A stretch of 59,486 nt of DNA from Pyrinomonadaceae bacterium (GTDB lineage Bacteria > Acidobacteriota > Blastocatellia > Pyrinomonadales > Pyrinomonadaceae). Both the position numbers and the translations under genes were made by a program. The stretch spans positions 1 through 59,486 of the forward strand of contig DATELP010000107.1 in assembly GCA_035276425.1 (NCBI GenBank), written 5' to 3'. Of the stretch, positions 10,758-19,416 are shown piece after piece (position 1 is the first letter of the stretch; each line of letters starts with the position of its first letter). The notes below the pieces were generated by a model. That model was not told the DNA's origin. It made no database searches and worked only from the letters and a program-made list of their open reading frames with translations.

Positions 10758-11126
10758 GGCTGTTAGTGGCCCAGGACCGTACAAAATTGCCGAGGCATTA
10801 TTCATAAATGTGAACTGCTCAGGGCTTGCTGGAATTTGAGATTTTGAAAAGAACTTTTGGATTTTGGATGGCCGTCACGGTTTGAACGACTCCTCCGAGC
10901 CGTCGGATCTAGGTATTTCCGCACCTCTCTACTAAAAACCGGATATGGGAACATTCCTTGCATAACAGAGCCACGCTGTGTTGTCTCCCTATGGTTTGTC
11001 GAACTTTTCATCTCACGGATTCCTAACAAGTGAGATTTTGATGATCAAGCCTTCTGGGGCTGCGAGGTACTCGTAAGCGGCTTAGAGAAGGTCCTCCAAC
11101 AAAGTATGTTTCGGGAAGGAGCCCAA

Positions 11127-14100
11127 ATGAAGAAATTGCTTTTTGCCTTCATGCTTGCGGCCCTGACTTTGAGCTTATCCGCAGTGGTGGGATTTGCTCA
11201 GAGCACCGCGGGTGTGACAGGAATAGTTAAGGATAGCAACGGTGCTGTAATTGCCGGGGCTGATGTAAAACTGACAGATACGAAAACCGGCGTTGAGTTG
11301 ACCACCAAGACTAACGATCAAGGTGTGTACAACTTCCCCAAAGTGTTGCCGGGCACTGGCTACAAGCTCACTTTCACTGCTTCGGGTTTTCAAACTCTGG
11401 TAATCAATGAAGTAGCTCTCGGCGTTGGCAACGTGGAAACACATAATGCCGAAATGACTATCGGCGAGGTCTCCGGCACCGTTGTGGTGACGGCCTCCAA
11501 TGAAGTTACGCTGAATACCACCGACGCGAGCGTCGGCAACGTTATCGGAGAACGAAGACTTAAAGAGCTTCCAATTCAGATTCGTAATTCCCCAGCGGCG
11601 CTGATCGGCTTGCAGGCCGGCGTAGTCGGAAACAACGTTGGTACTGCTACCACTAACCGCGTTGGTTCCGTTACCGGTTCACGCGCTGACCAGGGAAACA
11701 TCACGATCGACGGTATCGACGCGAACGATCAGGCCACCGGCCAGTTCGCAGCAACCGTTGGTAATGCTCCGATCGATGCGATTCAGGAGTTCCGCGCGGT
11801 TTCAACAAACCCCGGTGCTGCTGATGGTCGAAGCAGCGGCGGCCAGGTTGAGTTGGTGACCAAGAGTGGTACCAACGAGTTCCACGGCAACCTGCGTGAG
11901 TACAACCGCACGGCAAAAACCGCGGCGAATTCTTTCTTCAATAATCGCGCGGGTGTTGCCAGACCGCAACTGACTCGTAATCAGTTCGGTGGCAGTATTG
12001 GTGGTCCAATCATCAGAGACACGATGTTCTTCTTCTTCGATTATGAAGGACGTCGCGATGCTCAAGGCATTTCTTACTTGCGCGTGGTTCCATTGAATCA
12101 CTTCCGCAATGGCAGCCTTGGCTTTCTCAACAACACAGCAGGTTGCGCCGCCACAGCAAGGTTGAACACCAACCCCAACTGCATCACCATCCTGACTCCA
12201 GCTCAGGTGGCTGCTCTCGATCCGGCCCACATCGGTGGAAGCTCGTCCTTGTTGAGCTTCATCAACAGCCGTTATCCGCAGGCGAACGACTTGACCGCGG
12301 GCGATGGCGTCAACACCGGTGGTTTCCGTTTCAATGCTCCGTCGAAACGTCAAGACAACACGTACACGACCCGCATCGACTGGAACGCCAATTCGAAGCA
12401 GAAATTCTTTGGCCGTTTCAATATCGCTCGTCGTATTCAGACTGACACCGTCAACTCGGTGGCAGCTCAGTTCCCCGGCGATCCTGAAACCGCTCAAATC
12501 ATTGTTCGCGACTACACCTGGGTTGTGGGCCACACCTGGACCGCCAGCCCGAGTTTAGTCAACCAGATCACGGTTGGTGCAGCCCGTTCGGGATTGCTCT
12601 TCCCGAATAACTTCGATCCGGCTTCGCCGAATTCATTCACTTTCGGAATGGGTTTGGCCGCGCCGTTTGCGAGCATCAGTGAGCAGGATCGCTTCGTGCT
12701 CACGCCAACGATCCGCGACGACGTGACTTGGACCAGAGGTGCGCACTCGTTTGAGTTTGGTGGCTCCTTCAAACCCATCAAATCCCGCTCGGGAATCGTG
12801 AACGACTTCAACTTCCCGACCGTCGGTCTTGGTGGTCTGCTGACCTCGCTCGATTCCACTCTCCGACCGGGTACGATCGGATCCGGAACGGCGCGCTCAG
12901 GTAACTACGATGCGGCGTTTGCGTTCCTTCTCGGACGTTACGCTCAGGTCTCGACCAACTTCAACTACGATCAGGACGGTACTCCTTTCGCGCCGGCCAC
13001 CGGCAAACATCGCGATTACCGCTACAACGAGCTCGAACTCTACGTCCAGGATAACTGGAGAGTTCGCAACAACCTGACGTTGAACTTCGGTGTTCGCTGG
13101 CACTTGTATCCGGCGCCTTACGAGGCGAACGGATTCCAGGCCGGTCCGGACGTCGATATGCGCAGTTTGTTCGACATCCGTCAGCTCAACAACGCTGCCG
13201 GAAATGGAACCCAAACCGCCGAGCCTCAGCTCCGCTACGACCTTATCGGCAAGGCGAACAATGCTCGTTCACTTTACGAAACTGACTTGAATAACTTTGG
13301 TCCGCGTTTTGGTTTTGCCTACACGCCGAACTTCAAGAGCGGCGTGCTGAACAGCATCTTCGGCGACAACAAAACAGTGATCCGCGGTGGTGGTTCACTT
13401 GTTTACGATCGTCCAGGCGGCGGTATCACCTTCATTCAGGACCAGGTTTCGTACCTGTTCGACAACTCGTTTACAACGCAATTCCCGGCCTCGTCTCCGA
13501 CGTCGGCCTTGTTGAACAACCCGCGCTTTTCGGGTATCACGACGCTGCCGGTGGTGAACCCCGCGCCAGTAATCACGCGTCCGTTCACTCCGTTCCAGGA
13601 CAACCCGGATTGCCCGTTGCAGCCGACCGGTCTGTGCACGGGTGAATTCAACTATGCAGTTGATCAGAGATTCCGGACCCCGTATTCGATCCAATACAGC
13701 TTCGGGTTCCAGCGCGAGATTCCGGGCAACTTCATCCTGGAAGCCACCTACGTTGGCCGCCAGGGAAGAAAGCTCTTCTCGCAGGCTGACTTGGCCCAGG
13801 TTTTGGACTTCAGGGATCCAGCCTCTGGTCAGATGATGATCGCGGCATTCAACGCTCTGCAGGCTCAGGTTCAAGCCGGACTTACGGGTGGCCAGATCAC
13901 CGCGCAGCCCTGGTTTGAGAACCAGATGTTCCCAGGCGGCACCGCTCTGATGGCCGGCAACGGAACGCTTAGACAGCTCGTGTTGCGTGGAGATACCTCC
14001 GACGCGATTCAGCTCCTCTATGCGAACGGTTTGCTGAACCAGAACGTTGGTATGTCGGCGCAGTTCGGCACCAACATCTACGTGTCCAATCAGGGCGCGT

Positions 14101-14876
14101 CCAGCTACGACGGCATGCTCGTGAGCTTGCGGAAACGCTTCTCACAGGGCTTGCAGTTTGACTTCAACTACACCTGGTCGCACTCGATCGATAATGGATC
14201 GAGTGTTGTGAACACCGTGTCCGGCGGTCTGGTTTGCGATCTTCGCAACCTGCGCGTCTGCCGCGGCGATTCCGACTTCGACATCCGCCACCTCGTCAAC
14301 GCCAACTTCATTTATGAGTTGCCGTTTGGCCGTGGCCGCATGATCGGTAGCGGCGTTCCTGGCTGGGCAAATCACATCATCGGTGGTTGGGAAGTTAGTG
14401 GCATCTTCACTGCTCGCAGTGGACTAGCCTTCAGCACCACGACTACCGCGTTCCCGGTGGGCTTCAACTTCAACAGCCCGGCGGCCTTCAATATCGCCAA
14501 CGCGGCCGCGTTGCAGTCAAGCATTCACGATGCTTCTAATGGGACCATCCAGTTCTTTGCGAACCCAACGGCAGTATTCGATCCAGCCAATCCGACGGCT
14601 GGCGTGATTCGCTTCCCGCACCACGGTGAAGTTGGTAACCGTAACGTTTTCCGCGGACCCGGTTTCTGGAACCTCGACACAGCGTTGTTGAAGAACTTCG
14701 CGATGCCCTGGTCAGAAAGTCAGTCCTTGCAGTTGCGATGGGAAACATTTAATTTGTTCAATCACAACAGCTTTGGCTTACCGGCAGTTGGTATTACCGG
14801 AACGACCTTCGGTACAATCACCACGTCGGCCAGTGCTCCGCGCGAAATGCAATTCGCATTGCGTTACACGTTCTAG
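11127..14876 (+). CDS. TonB-dependent outer-membrane receptor with carboxypeptidase-regulatory-like N-terminus (paralog of 1941..5780)
   Basis: SD GGAAGGAG lies before the ATG at 11127. It has a signal peptide, a GVTGIVKDSNGAVIAGADVKL...PGTGYKL domain and a C-terminal ..ALRYTF. Many blocks are colinear with the first receptor. Confidence 0.85.
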   Translation: MKKLLFAFMLAALTLSLSAVVGFAQSTAGVTGIVKDSNGAVIAGADVKLTDTKTGVELTTKTNDQGVYNFPKVLPGTGYKLTFTASGFQTLVINEVALGVGNVETHNAEMTIGEVSGTVVVTASNEVTLNTTDASVGNVIGERRLKELPIQIRNSPAALIGLQAGVVGNNVGTATTNRVGSVTGSRADQGNITIDGIDANDQATGQFAATVGNAPIDAIQEFRAVSTNPGAADGRSSGGQVELVTKSGTNEFHGNLREYNRTAKTAANSFFNNRAGVARPQLTRNQFGGSIGGPIIRDTMFFFFDYEGRRDAQGISYLRVVPLNHFRNGSLGFLNNTAGCAATARLNTNPNCITILTPAQVAALDPAHIGGSSSLLSFINSRYPQANDLTAGDGVNTGGFRFNAPSKRQDNTYTTRIDWNANSKQKFFGRFNIARRIQTDTVNSVAAQFPGDPETAQIIVRDYTWVVGHTWTASPSLVNQITVGAARSGLLFPNNFDPASPNSFTFGMGLAAPFASISEQDRFVLTPTIRDDVTWTRGAHSFEFGGSFKPIKSRSGIVNDFNFPTVGLGGLLTSLDSTLRPGTIGSGTARSGNYDAAFAFLLGRYAQVSTNFNYDQDGTPFAPATGKHRDYRYNELELYVQDNWRVRNNLTLNFGVRWHLYPAPYEANGFQAGPDVDMRSLFDIRQLNNAAGNGTQTAEPQLRYDLIGKANNARSLYETDLNNFGPRFGFAYTPNFKSGVLNSIFGDNKTVIRGGGSLVYDRPGGGITFIQDQVSYLFDNSFTTQFPASSPTSALLNNPRFSGITTLPVVNPAPVITRPFTPFQDNPDCPLQPTGLCTGEFNYAVDQRFRTPYSIQYSFGFQREIPGNFILEATYVGRQGRKLFSQADLAQVLDFRDPASGQMMIAAFNALQAQVQAGLTGGQITAQPWFENQMFPGGTALMAGNGTLRQLVLRGDTSDAIQLLYANGLLNQNVGMSAQFGTNIYVSNQGASSYDGMLVSLRKRFSQGLQFDFNYTWSHSIDNGSSVVNTVSGGLVCDLRNLRVCRGDSDFDIRHLVNANFIYELPFGRGRMIGSGVPGWANHIIGGWEVSGIFTARSGLAFSTTTTAFPVGFNFNSPAAFNIANAAALQSSIHDASNGTIQFFANPTAVFDPANPTAGVIRFPHHGEVGNRNVFRGPGFWNLDTALLKNFAMPWSESQSLQLRWETFNLFNHNSFGLPAVGITGTTFGTITTSASAPREMQFALRYTF

Positions 14877-14901
14877 CTCGGTTTACTTTGTTTGACTTTT
14901 C

Positions 14902-14933
14902 GGGCTCCTGCGAAAGTGGGAGCCCATTTTTTT
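14902..14933 (+). terminator. Hairpin plus T-run after receptor 2 (terminator or attenuator)
   Basis: GGGCTCC / GGAGCCC stem followed by ATTTTTTT. Only about 30 nt separate it from the next ATG, so read-through transcription is plausible. Confidence 0.65.
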
Positions 14934-14962
14934 AGGCGCCCACCTCAATCGGAGTAAGAACA

Positions 14963-15952
14963 ATGCTGAAACTCTCCCTGGCTTACTTGTCTTTGCTATT
15001 CGTTCTAATCGCAACCTTCCCAGGCACAGCCCAGGCCCAGGGCGGTCAAACGCTCTTTGGCGACGTGCGCATAACAGGTGAGAACAATGAACTGGTGTTC
15101 AAGGAGGTCACCTTAATTCTTCGCAAAGTACCGGACGGAGAGGTCGGCCGCCAAACAGTCTCGAGTCGCGGTCGTTACCGCTTCACGAATTTGAAGGTGG
15201 GAGAATACGAGATCGTAATCGAGGCGGAAGGCAAGGAAATCGGACGTATGGGACAGCTCATGGTCCGGAGTGAGCTTAGTAACAGTCCATACGGCCACCA
15301 ATACGATCTGGAGTTTAAGTGGCATCCGAACGCTGCTGCGACGCAGCCTGTGGCAGGCGTGATCTCGGCGGCTGACGTTTACGAACGGCCCAGTTCAAAT
15401 CGGCCGTTGTTCCAAAAGGCTGAAGAAGCCGTTGGCAAAAAGAAATTCGATCAGGCTGCCGGTCTACTAAAACAGATCCTCGATACAGATAACAACGACT
15501 TTCAAGCGTGGACCGCCCTCGGCACCGTCTACTTCGCACAGGAAAAAGTTGCGGACGCGGAAACCGCGTATATGAAAGCGATCGAAGTTCATCCGACTTC
15601 GGCGCGCGCCCAATTCAATCTCGGCCGCTTACGCTCCTCGCAAAAGAAATTCGAAGAAGCAGTAGAACCACTGACCAAGGCCATCGAACTGCAACCGGAT
15701 TCAGGTGATGCAAACTATCTGTTAGGCGAGTGTTACCTGCAACTCAAGAAAGGTTCGAAAGCGGTTCCGTATTTGAATGAGGCGGCGAAGCTCGGGCGCT
15801 CGGATGCTCATCTGCGGCTCGGCTGGCTCTACAACGCGGCCGGCATGAAAGACAAAGCGGCGATCGAATACGAAGAGTACTTAAGGAAAAACCCTGATTA
15901 TCCCGAGAGCAAGAAGTTGAAAGAGTACATCACGGCCAATAAAAAGAGCTAA
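14963..15952 (+). CDS. Secreted TPR-repeat protein with small carboxypeptidase-regulatory-like N-terminal domain
   Basis: Signal peptide ending AQAQG, then a GRYRFTNLKVGEYEIVIEA beta-sandwich-like segment. The C-terminal half has TPR-like A/Y/L periodicity (AWTALGTVYFAQEK.., ANYLLGECYLQLKK..). Confidence 0.7.
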   Translation: MLKLSLAYLSLLFVLIATFPGTAQAQGGQTLFGDVRITGENNELVFKEVTLILRKVPDGEVGRQTVSSRGRYRFTNLKVGEYEIVIEAEGKEIGRMGQLMVRSELSNSPYGHQYDLEFKWHPNAAATQPVAGVISAADVYERPSSNRPLFQKAEEAVGKKKFDQAAGLLKQILDTDNNDFQAWTALGTVYFAQEKVADAETAYMKAIEVHPTSARAQFNLGRLRSSQKKFEEAVEPLTKAIELQPDSGDANYLLGECYLQLKKGSKAVPYLNEAAKLGRSDAHLRLGWLYNAAGMKDKAAIEYEEYLRKNPDYPESKKLKEYITANKKS

Positions 15953-16027
15953 TAGAAAGTAAGAACGGCCAGTTGACCAGTAGTGCCACGCTTGCTAAGG
16001 TGCGCGTGACCTCAGGAGTACTACGCA

Positions 16028-16552
16028 ATGGGAAAATTTTCAAAATCCGTCGAAGTTATAGCGAATATCCTCATCGTGGTCGTCGCGGTGTTGTGTCTGT
16101 TTTTGCTCTGGCAGAAGTACTTCAGAGCCCAACCACCGGCGACAGCCGAATCCAATCGCCCGGCGCCGAGGGTTCCTGTTGTCGGTAACAAGGTCTCGGC
16201 TGTGGATGTTGATTGGTCGAAGAACAAGAAAAACGTTTTGCTCGTGCTGCAAGTCGGCTGTCGTTTTTGTAGTGAGAGCGCCGGGTTTTACCAGACCCTG
16301 ATCCAGCAGACGAAGGACAAGGGCGTAAGCGTTTTAGCAGTTCTTCCGCAAAGCAAAGAAGAAGCGAGACAATACCTCGACAACCTTCAGCTCTCTAACC
16401 TCGACACTAAACAAGCGGCAATGAGTACCCTCGACGTTAGCGGCACACCCACGCTCATCATCACCGATGACAAAGGTCAGATCACAAACGTGTGGGTCGG
16501 CAAGCTGCCGCCGGAAAAGCAGAACGAGGTTCTGAGTCTATTAACAAGCTAA
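16028..16552 (+). CDS. Membrane-anchored thioredoxin-fold thiol:disulfide oxidoreductase (TlpA/DsbE-like)
   Basis: N-terminal TM (IANILIVVVAVLCLFLLW), a CxxC motif in VLQVGCRFCSES and a cis-Pro-like GTPT. Confidence 0.7.
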   Translation: MGKFSKSVEVIANILIVVVAVLCLFLLWQKYFRAQPPATAESNRPAPRVPVVGNKVSAVDVDWSKNKKNVLLVLQVGCRFCSESAGFYQTLIQQTKDKGVSVLAVLPQSKEEARQYLDNLQLSNLDTKQAAMSTLDVSGTPTLIITDDKGQITNVWVGKLPPEKQNEVLSLLTS

Positions 16553-16617
16553 CTCAGTTTCTTCCTCTTCCCCCTTAAGTTACTAAACACCCCCTTACCC
16601 AAAAGAAAGGTATACGT

Positions 16618-17013
16618 ATGTTCAATAAACCTCTCGTGCGGTGTAGTGTGCGCATACTCGCGTTAGCCATCATGGTTGGAATGTTGGGTTTTCTTACAGC
16701 TACTGAAAAAGTAGAGGCCGGAACACTCGAACAGTGCGAGCAAGGCTTTGCTTTTTGTCTCTACGAAAATTGCAGAGGACTTTTTGGCCCCGACTATGAA
16801 GCCTGTCGTGATAGTTGCGATCTCTCATACGAATCGTGCCGGCTCGACAATAATTATCAACCGCCTCCGGCGCCATTTCCGGTGGAAGACCACAGCCGGG
16901 AAACCTGCATGCTCGCTACTAATGCTTGCGGGGAGCTTGAGGATTATCCCGATTCTTTGACCTGTTTCATGGAAATTCGCGCCTACTGTATTGCGACTTA
17001 TCCCAAACCCTAA
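16618..17013 (+). CDS. Secreted acidic 10-cysteine protein, paralog 1 of 3 (unrecognised family)
   Basis: Strong SD (AAAGAAAGG), a signal/anchor ending KVEAG, and Cys spacing conserved in all three paralogs. Confidence 0.8.
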   Translation: MFNKPLVRCSVRILALAIMVGMLGFLTATEKVEAGTLEQCEQGFAFCLYENCRGLFGPDYEACRDSCDLSYESCRLDNNYQPPPAPFPVEDHSRETCMLATNACGELEDYPDSLTCFMEIRAYCIATYPKP

Positions 17014-17046
17014 CTAAACATTTCTCGTCCAAAGGAAGGTGCAGTT

Positions 17047-17442
17047 ATGTTCAATAAACCTCTCGTGCGATGTACTCTGCGGCTATTCACGTTAGCTGTC
17101 ATGGTTGGCCTGCTGGGTTTTCTTGCCACTACTCAAAAGGTAGAGGCTGGAACACTCGAAGAGTGCAACCGAGCGTTCGGCCTCTGCCTTGTCACAGAGT
17201 GCAGGGGACTATCTGGCCAGGACTATTTGAACTGCCGCGATGCCTGCGATCGCTCTTATGAAGATTGCCGGTTTGACGATGATTATCATCCGGATCCGGT
17301 GCCGCTGCCGGTCGAAGACCATAGTCTGTCAGGTTGTTTGGAAGCTTGTCAGGCTTGCTTTGATCTACCCGACCAGATTGACGGTTTCTTCTGTAATGTC
17401 GAATGCCGGAAATACTGTTTTGACACTTATCCCAAACCCTGA
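17047..17442 (+). CDS. Secreted acidic 12-cysteine protein, paralog 2 of 3
   Basis: SD AAAGGAAGG. Same length and Cys framework as paralog 1, plus two extra Cys (positions 101 and 120). Confidence 0.8.
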   Translation: MFNKPLVRCTLRLFTLAVMVGLLGFLATTQKVEAGTLEECNRAFGLCLVTECRGLSGQDYLNCRDACDRSYEDCRFDDDYHPDPVPLPVEDHSLSGCLEACQACFDLPDQIDGFFCNVECRKYCFDTYPKP

Positions 17443-17495
17443 CCGTTACGGCATGACAAACTAAACAATCGCCCGTTCAAGAAAGGAAGGTACAG

Positions 17496-17888
17496 ATGTT
17501 TAAACCTCTCGTGCGGTGTACTCTGCGGCTCTTCACGTTAGCCGTTATGGTTGGCATGTTGGGCTTTCTTGTAACTACCGAAAAAGTAAAGGCTGGAACA
17601 CTCGAAGAGTGCGAACAAGCGTTCGCTTTCTGTCTTTACGAAAACTGTCCGGGACTTACTGGTCAAGCCTATGAGGATTGCCGTGATGCCTGCGACCTCA
17701 CTTACGAATCATGCCGTTGGAACGGTGATTACCAACCCGGTCCGGCGCCATTTGCAGTGGAAGACGATCGTTGGGAAACCTGTATGTCGGCCACTCAGAA
17801 TTGCTGGCTGCTCGAACAGCCAATCGATAGACTGATGTGTGATAAGGAAATCAGCGACTATTGCGATGAACACTACCCCAGACCCTGA
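17496..17888 (+). CDS. Secreted acidic 10-cysteine protein, paralog 3 of 3
   Basis: SD AAAGGAAGG and the same framework as the other two. Ends in YPRP where the others end in YPKP. Confidence 0.8.
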   Translation: MFKPLVRCTLRLFTLAVMVGMLGFLVTTEKVKAGTLEECEQAFAFCLYENCPGLTGQAYEDCRDACDLTYESCRWNGDYQPGPAPFAVEDDRWETCMSATQNCWLLEQPIDRLMCDKEISDYCDEHYPRP

Positions 17889-17912
17889 CGGTGACGGCGT
17901 TCACGATTAAGC

Positions 17913-17949
17913 AAAGCGGCGCGGAGACAATCCAGCGCCGCTTTTTTTG
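17913..17949 (+). terminator. Rho-independent terminator closing the Cys-rich gene triplet
   Basis: AAAGCGGCGC / GCGCCGCTTT stem followed by TTTTTTTG. Confidence 0.75.
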
Positions 17950-17953
17950 TGAC

Positions 17954-19306
17954 ATGCCGTCCCGCGTTGGTCTACAATTCTCCACGTTGCGCTTCGTCTT
18001 CACTAAATTCTTCTACTTCCTGGCGGCGCTCGCTTTTGTCCCGCTTTCACTCTCGTGGCAGCGCCCGTGGCTGGCGTGGGTCGCACTCGCTTACGACGTC
18101 CTGCTCATCATCGCGGCAATCGTCGACGCAAAGTTGAGCCATCTGCCGAAAGGTTTTCAGGTCACGCGGCACTTCGACGGCCGCTTCGCGATGGGCGCGG
18201 AAACCGAAGTAAAGATTCATCTTCACAACGCGTCAAACCGCGCGGTCTTGTTGATTGTCAAAGACGAGTATCCGCCGCAGATGATTCTCAAAGGTGAACG
18301 CGAGGGTGAAGTGAAAGTCGACGCGCACAGCACTGCGACGCTGATCTACGCCGTGACGCCGCCACGACGCGGCCGCTTTGAGTTTGGTTACGTAGCGTTA
18401 CGGTTTCGTTCGCGGCTTAATCTCGTTTGGTGCGACGCGCGTGTTGCCGAACCGATGGCGGTTAAAGTCTATCCAAACATGCGCCGCGCGCGTGAAGCGG
18501 AGTTGAAAGCACTCGGCGCGCGTTCGATGGTTGCGTCTCATCGGAAAACATCGTGGCGTGGCGAAGGACGCGAGTTTGAATCCATGCGCGACTACGTTCG
18601 CGGCGACGAACTGCGTCACATCTCCTGGACCGCCACCGCGCGACGCGGAAAACTCACGACGCGCCAGTATCAAATCGAACGCGATCAAACCATCCTTGTT
18701 GCACTCGATTCCGGCCGCTTGATGACCGCGCGTATCGAACAGGAAACCAAACTCGACTCCGCGGTACACGCGACGCTCGCGCTTTTTTCCGCCGCCGCGC
18801 GCGCCGGCGACAACGCAGGTCTGATCGTGTTTGGCCGGCGCATCAAGAGTTACTTGCCGCCGAGTCGCGGCCGCGATCACATTGATGCGGCGCTCGAATC
18901 GCTTTACGCGGTCGAACCGGAGATGATCGAGCCTTCGTACCCCCACGCGTTTGAGTTCATCGCCGCCAACAGCAAACGTAGATCGCTCGTGATTCTGCTT
19001 ACCGATCTGGTGGATGAAGAAGGTTCAAAAGAATTACTGACGTCGCTTCATCTGCTTCGTCCGCGTCATTTGCCGCTCGTGGTCACGATTGCGGATCGAG
19101 ATCTCAAGGCTGTAGTGCAGGGAGTTCCTGCGACAGTGCAGGATCTGTTTGCGCAATCAGTGTCCGAAGAGATCATTCACCATCGTGAGGCGGCGTTGAG
19201 AATGGTTGAATCGGTCGGCGGGCTCGCGCTCGACGTGACCGCAGCAGCGCTGGCGCCGGCATTGCTGGAAACGTATTTGAAGGTGAAGGAACGCGGCTTT
19301 CTCTGA
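17954..19306 (+). CDS. DUF58 domain protein (MoxR-associated, VWA-like)
   Basis: Two N-terminal TM segments, then FESMRDYVRGDELRHISWTATARRGKLTTRQY, the motif I associate with DUF58. The ATG at 17954 follows the terminator; the listed ORF starts at a GTG at 17891. Confidence 0.85.
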   Translation: MPSRVGLQFSTLRFVFTKFFYFLAALAFVPLSLSWQRPWLAWVALAYDVLLIIAAIVDAKLSHLPKGFQVTRHFDGRFAMGAETEVKIHLHNASNRAVLLIVKDEYPPQMILKGEREGEVKVDAHSTATLIYAVTPPRRGRFEFGYVALRFRSRLNLVWCDARVAEPMAVKVYPNMRRAREAELKALGARSMVASHRKTSWRGEGREFESMRDYVRGDELRHISWTATARRGKLTTRQYQIERDQTILVALDSGRLMTARIEQETKLDSAVHATLALFSAAARAGDNAGLIVFGRRIKSYLPPSRGRDHIDAALESLYAVEPEMIEPSYPHAFEFIAANSKRRSLVILLTDLVDEEGSKELLTSLHLLRPRHLPLVVTIADRDLKAVVQGVPATVQDLFAQSVSEEIIHHREAALRMVESVGGLALDVTAAALAPALLETYLKVKERGFL

Positions 19307-19319
19307 TTCCGGTTTTGAA

Positions 19320-19394
19320 CCCTCGTTTTGAGTTCAAGCTTTAGCTTGCATTGGTCAGCAAAGAACAACCTAAAGGTTGAACTCAGAACGAGGG
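19320..19394 (+). repeat. REP-like Y-shaped element, copy A
   Basis: ccctcGTTTTGAGTTCAAGCTTTAGCTTG-17 nt-CAACCTAAAGGTTGAACTCAGAACgaggg, lying between convergent 3' ends. Confidence 0.8.
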
Positions 19395-19416
19395 CGCTAT
19401 TTTAGAAAATTGAGAA

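Noticed and set aside
10758-11126. Possible riboswitch (for example cobalamin) in the 369-nt leader of receptor 2, and the 75-aa minus ORF 10802..11029
   Set aside because: I could not find a B12-box-like core or any other riboswitch signature I know, only local hairpins (for example TCATCTCAC..GTGAGATTTTGATGA) and GATTTTG repeats. The small ORF has no SD and an odd composition. A covariance-model scan would be needed to exclude a riboswitch fully.
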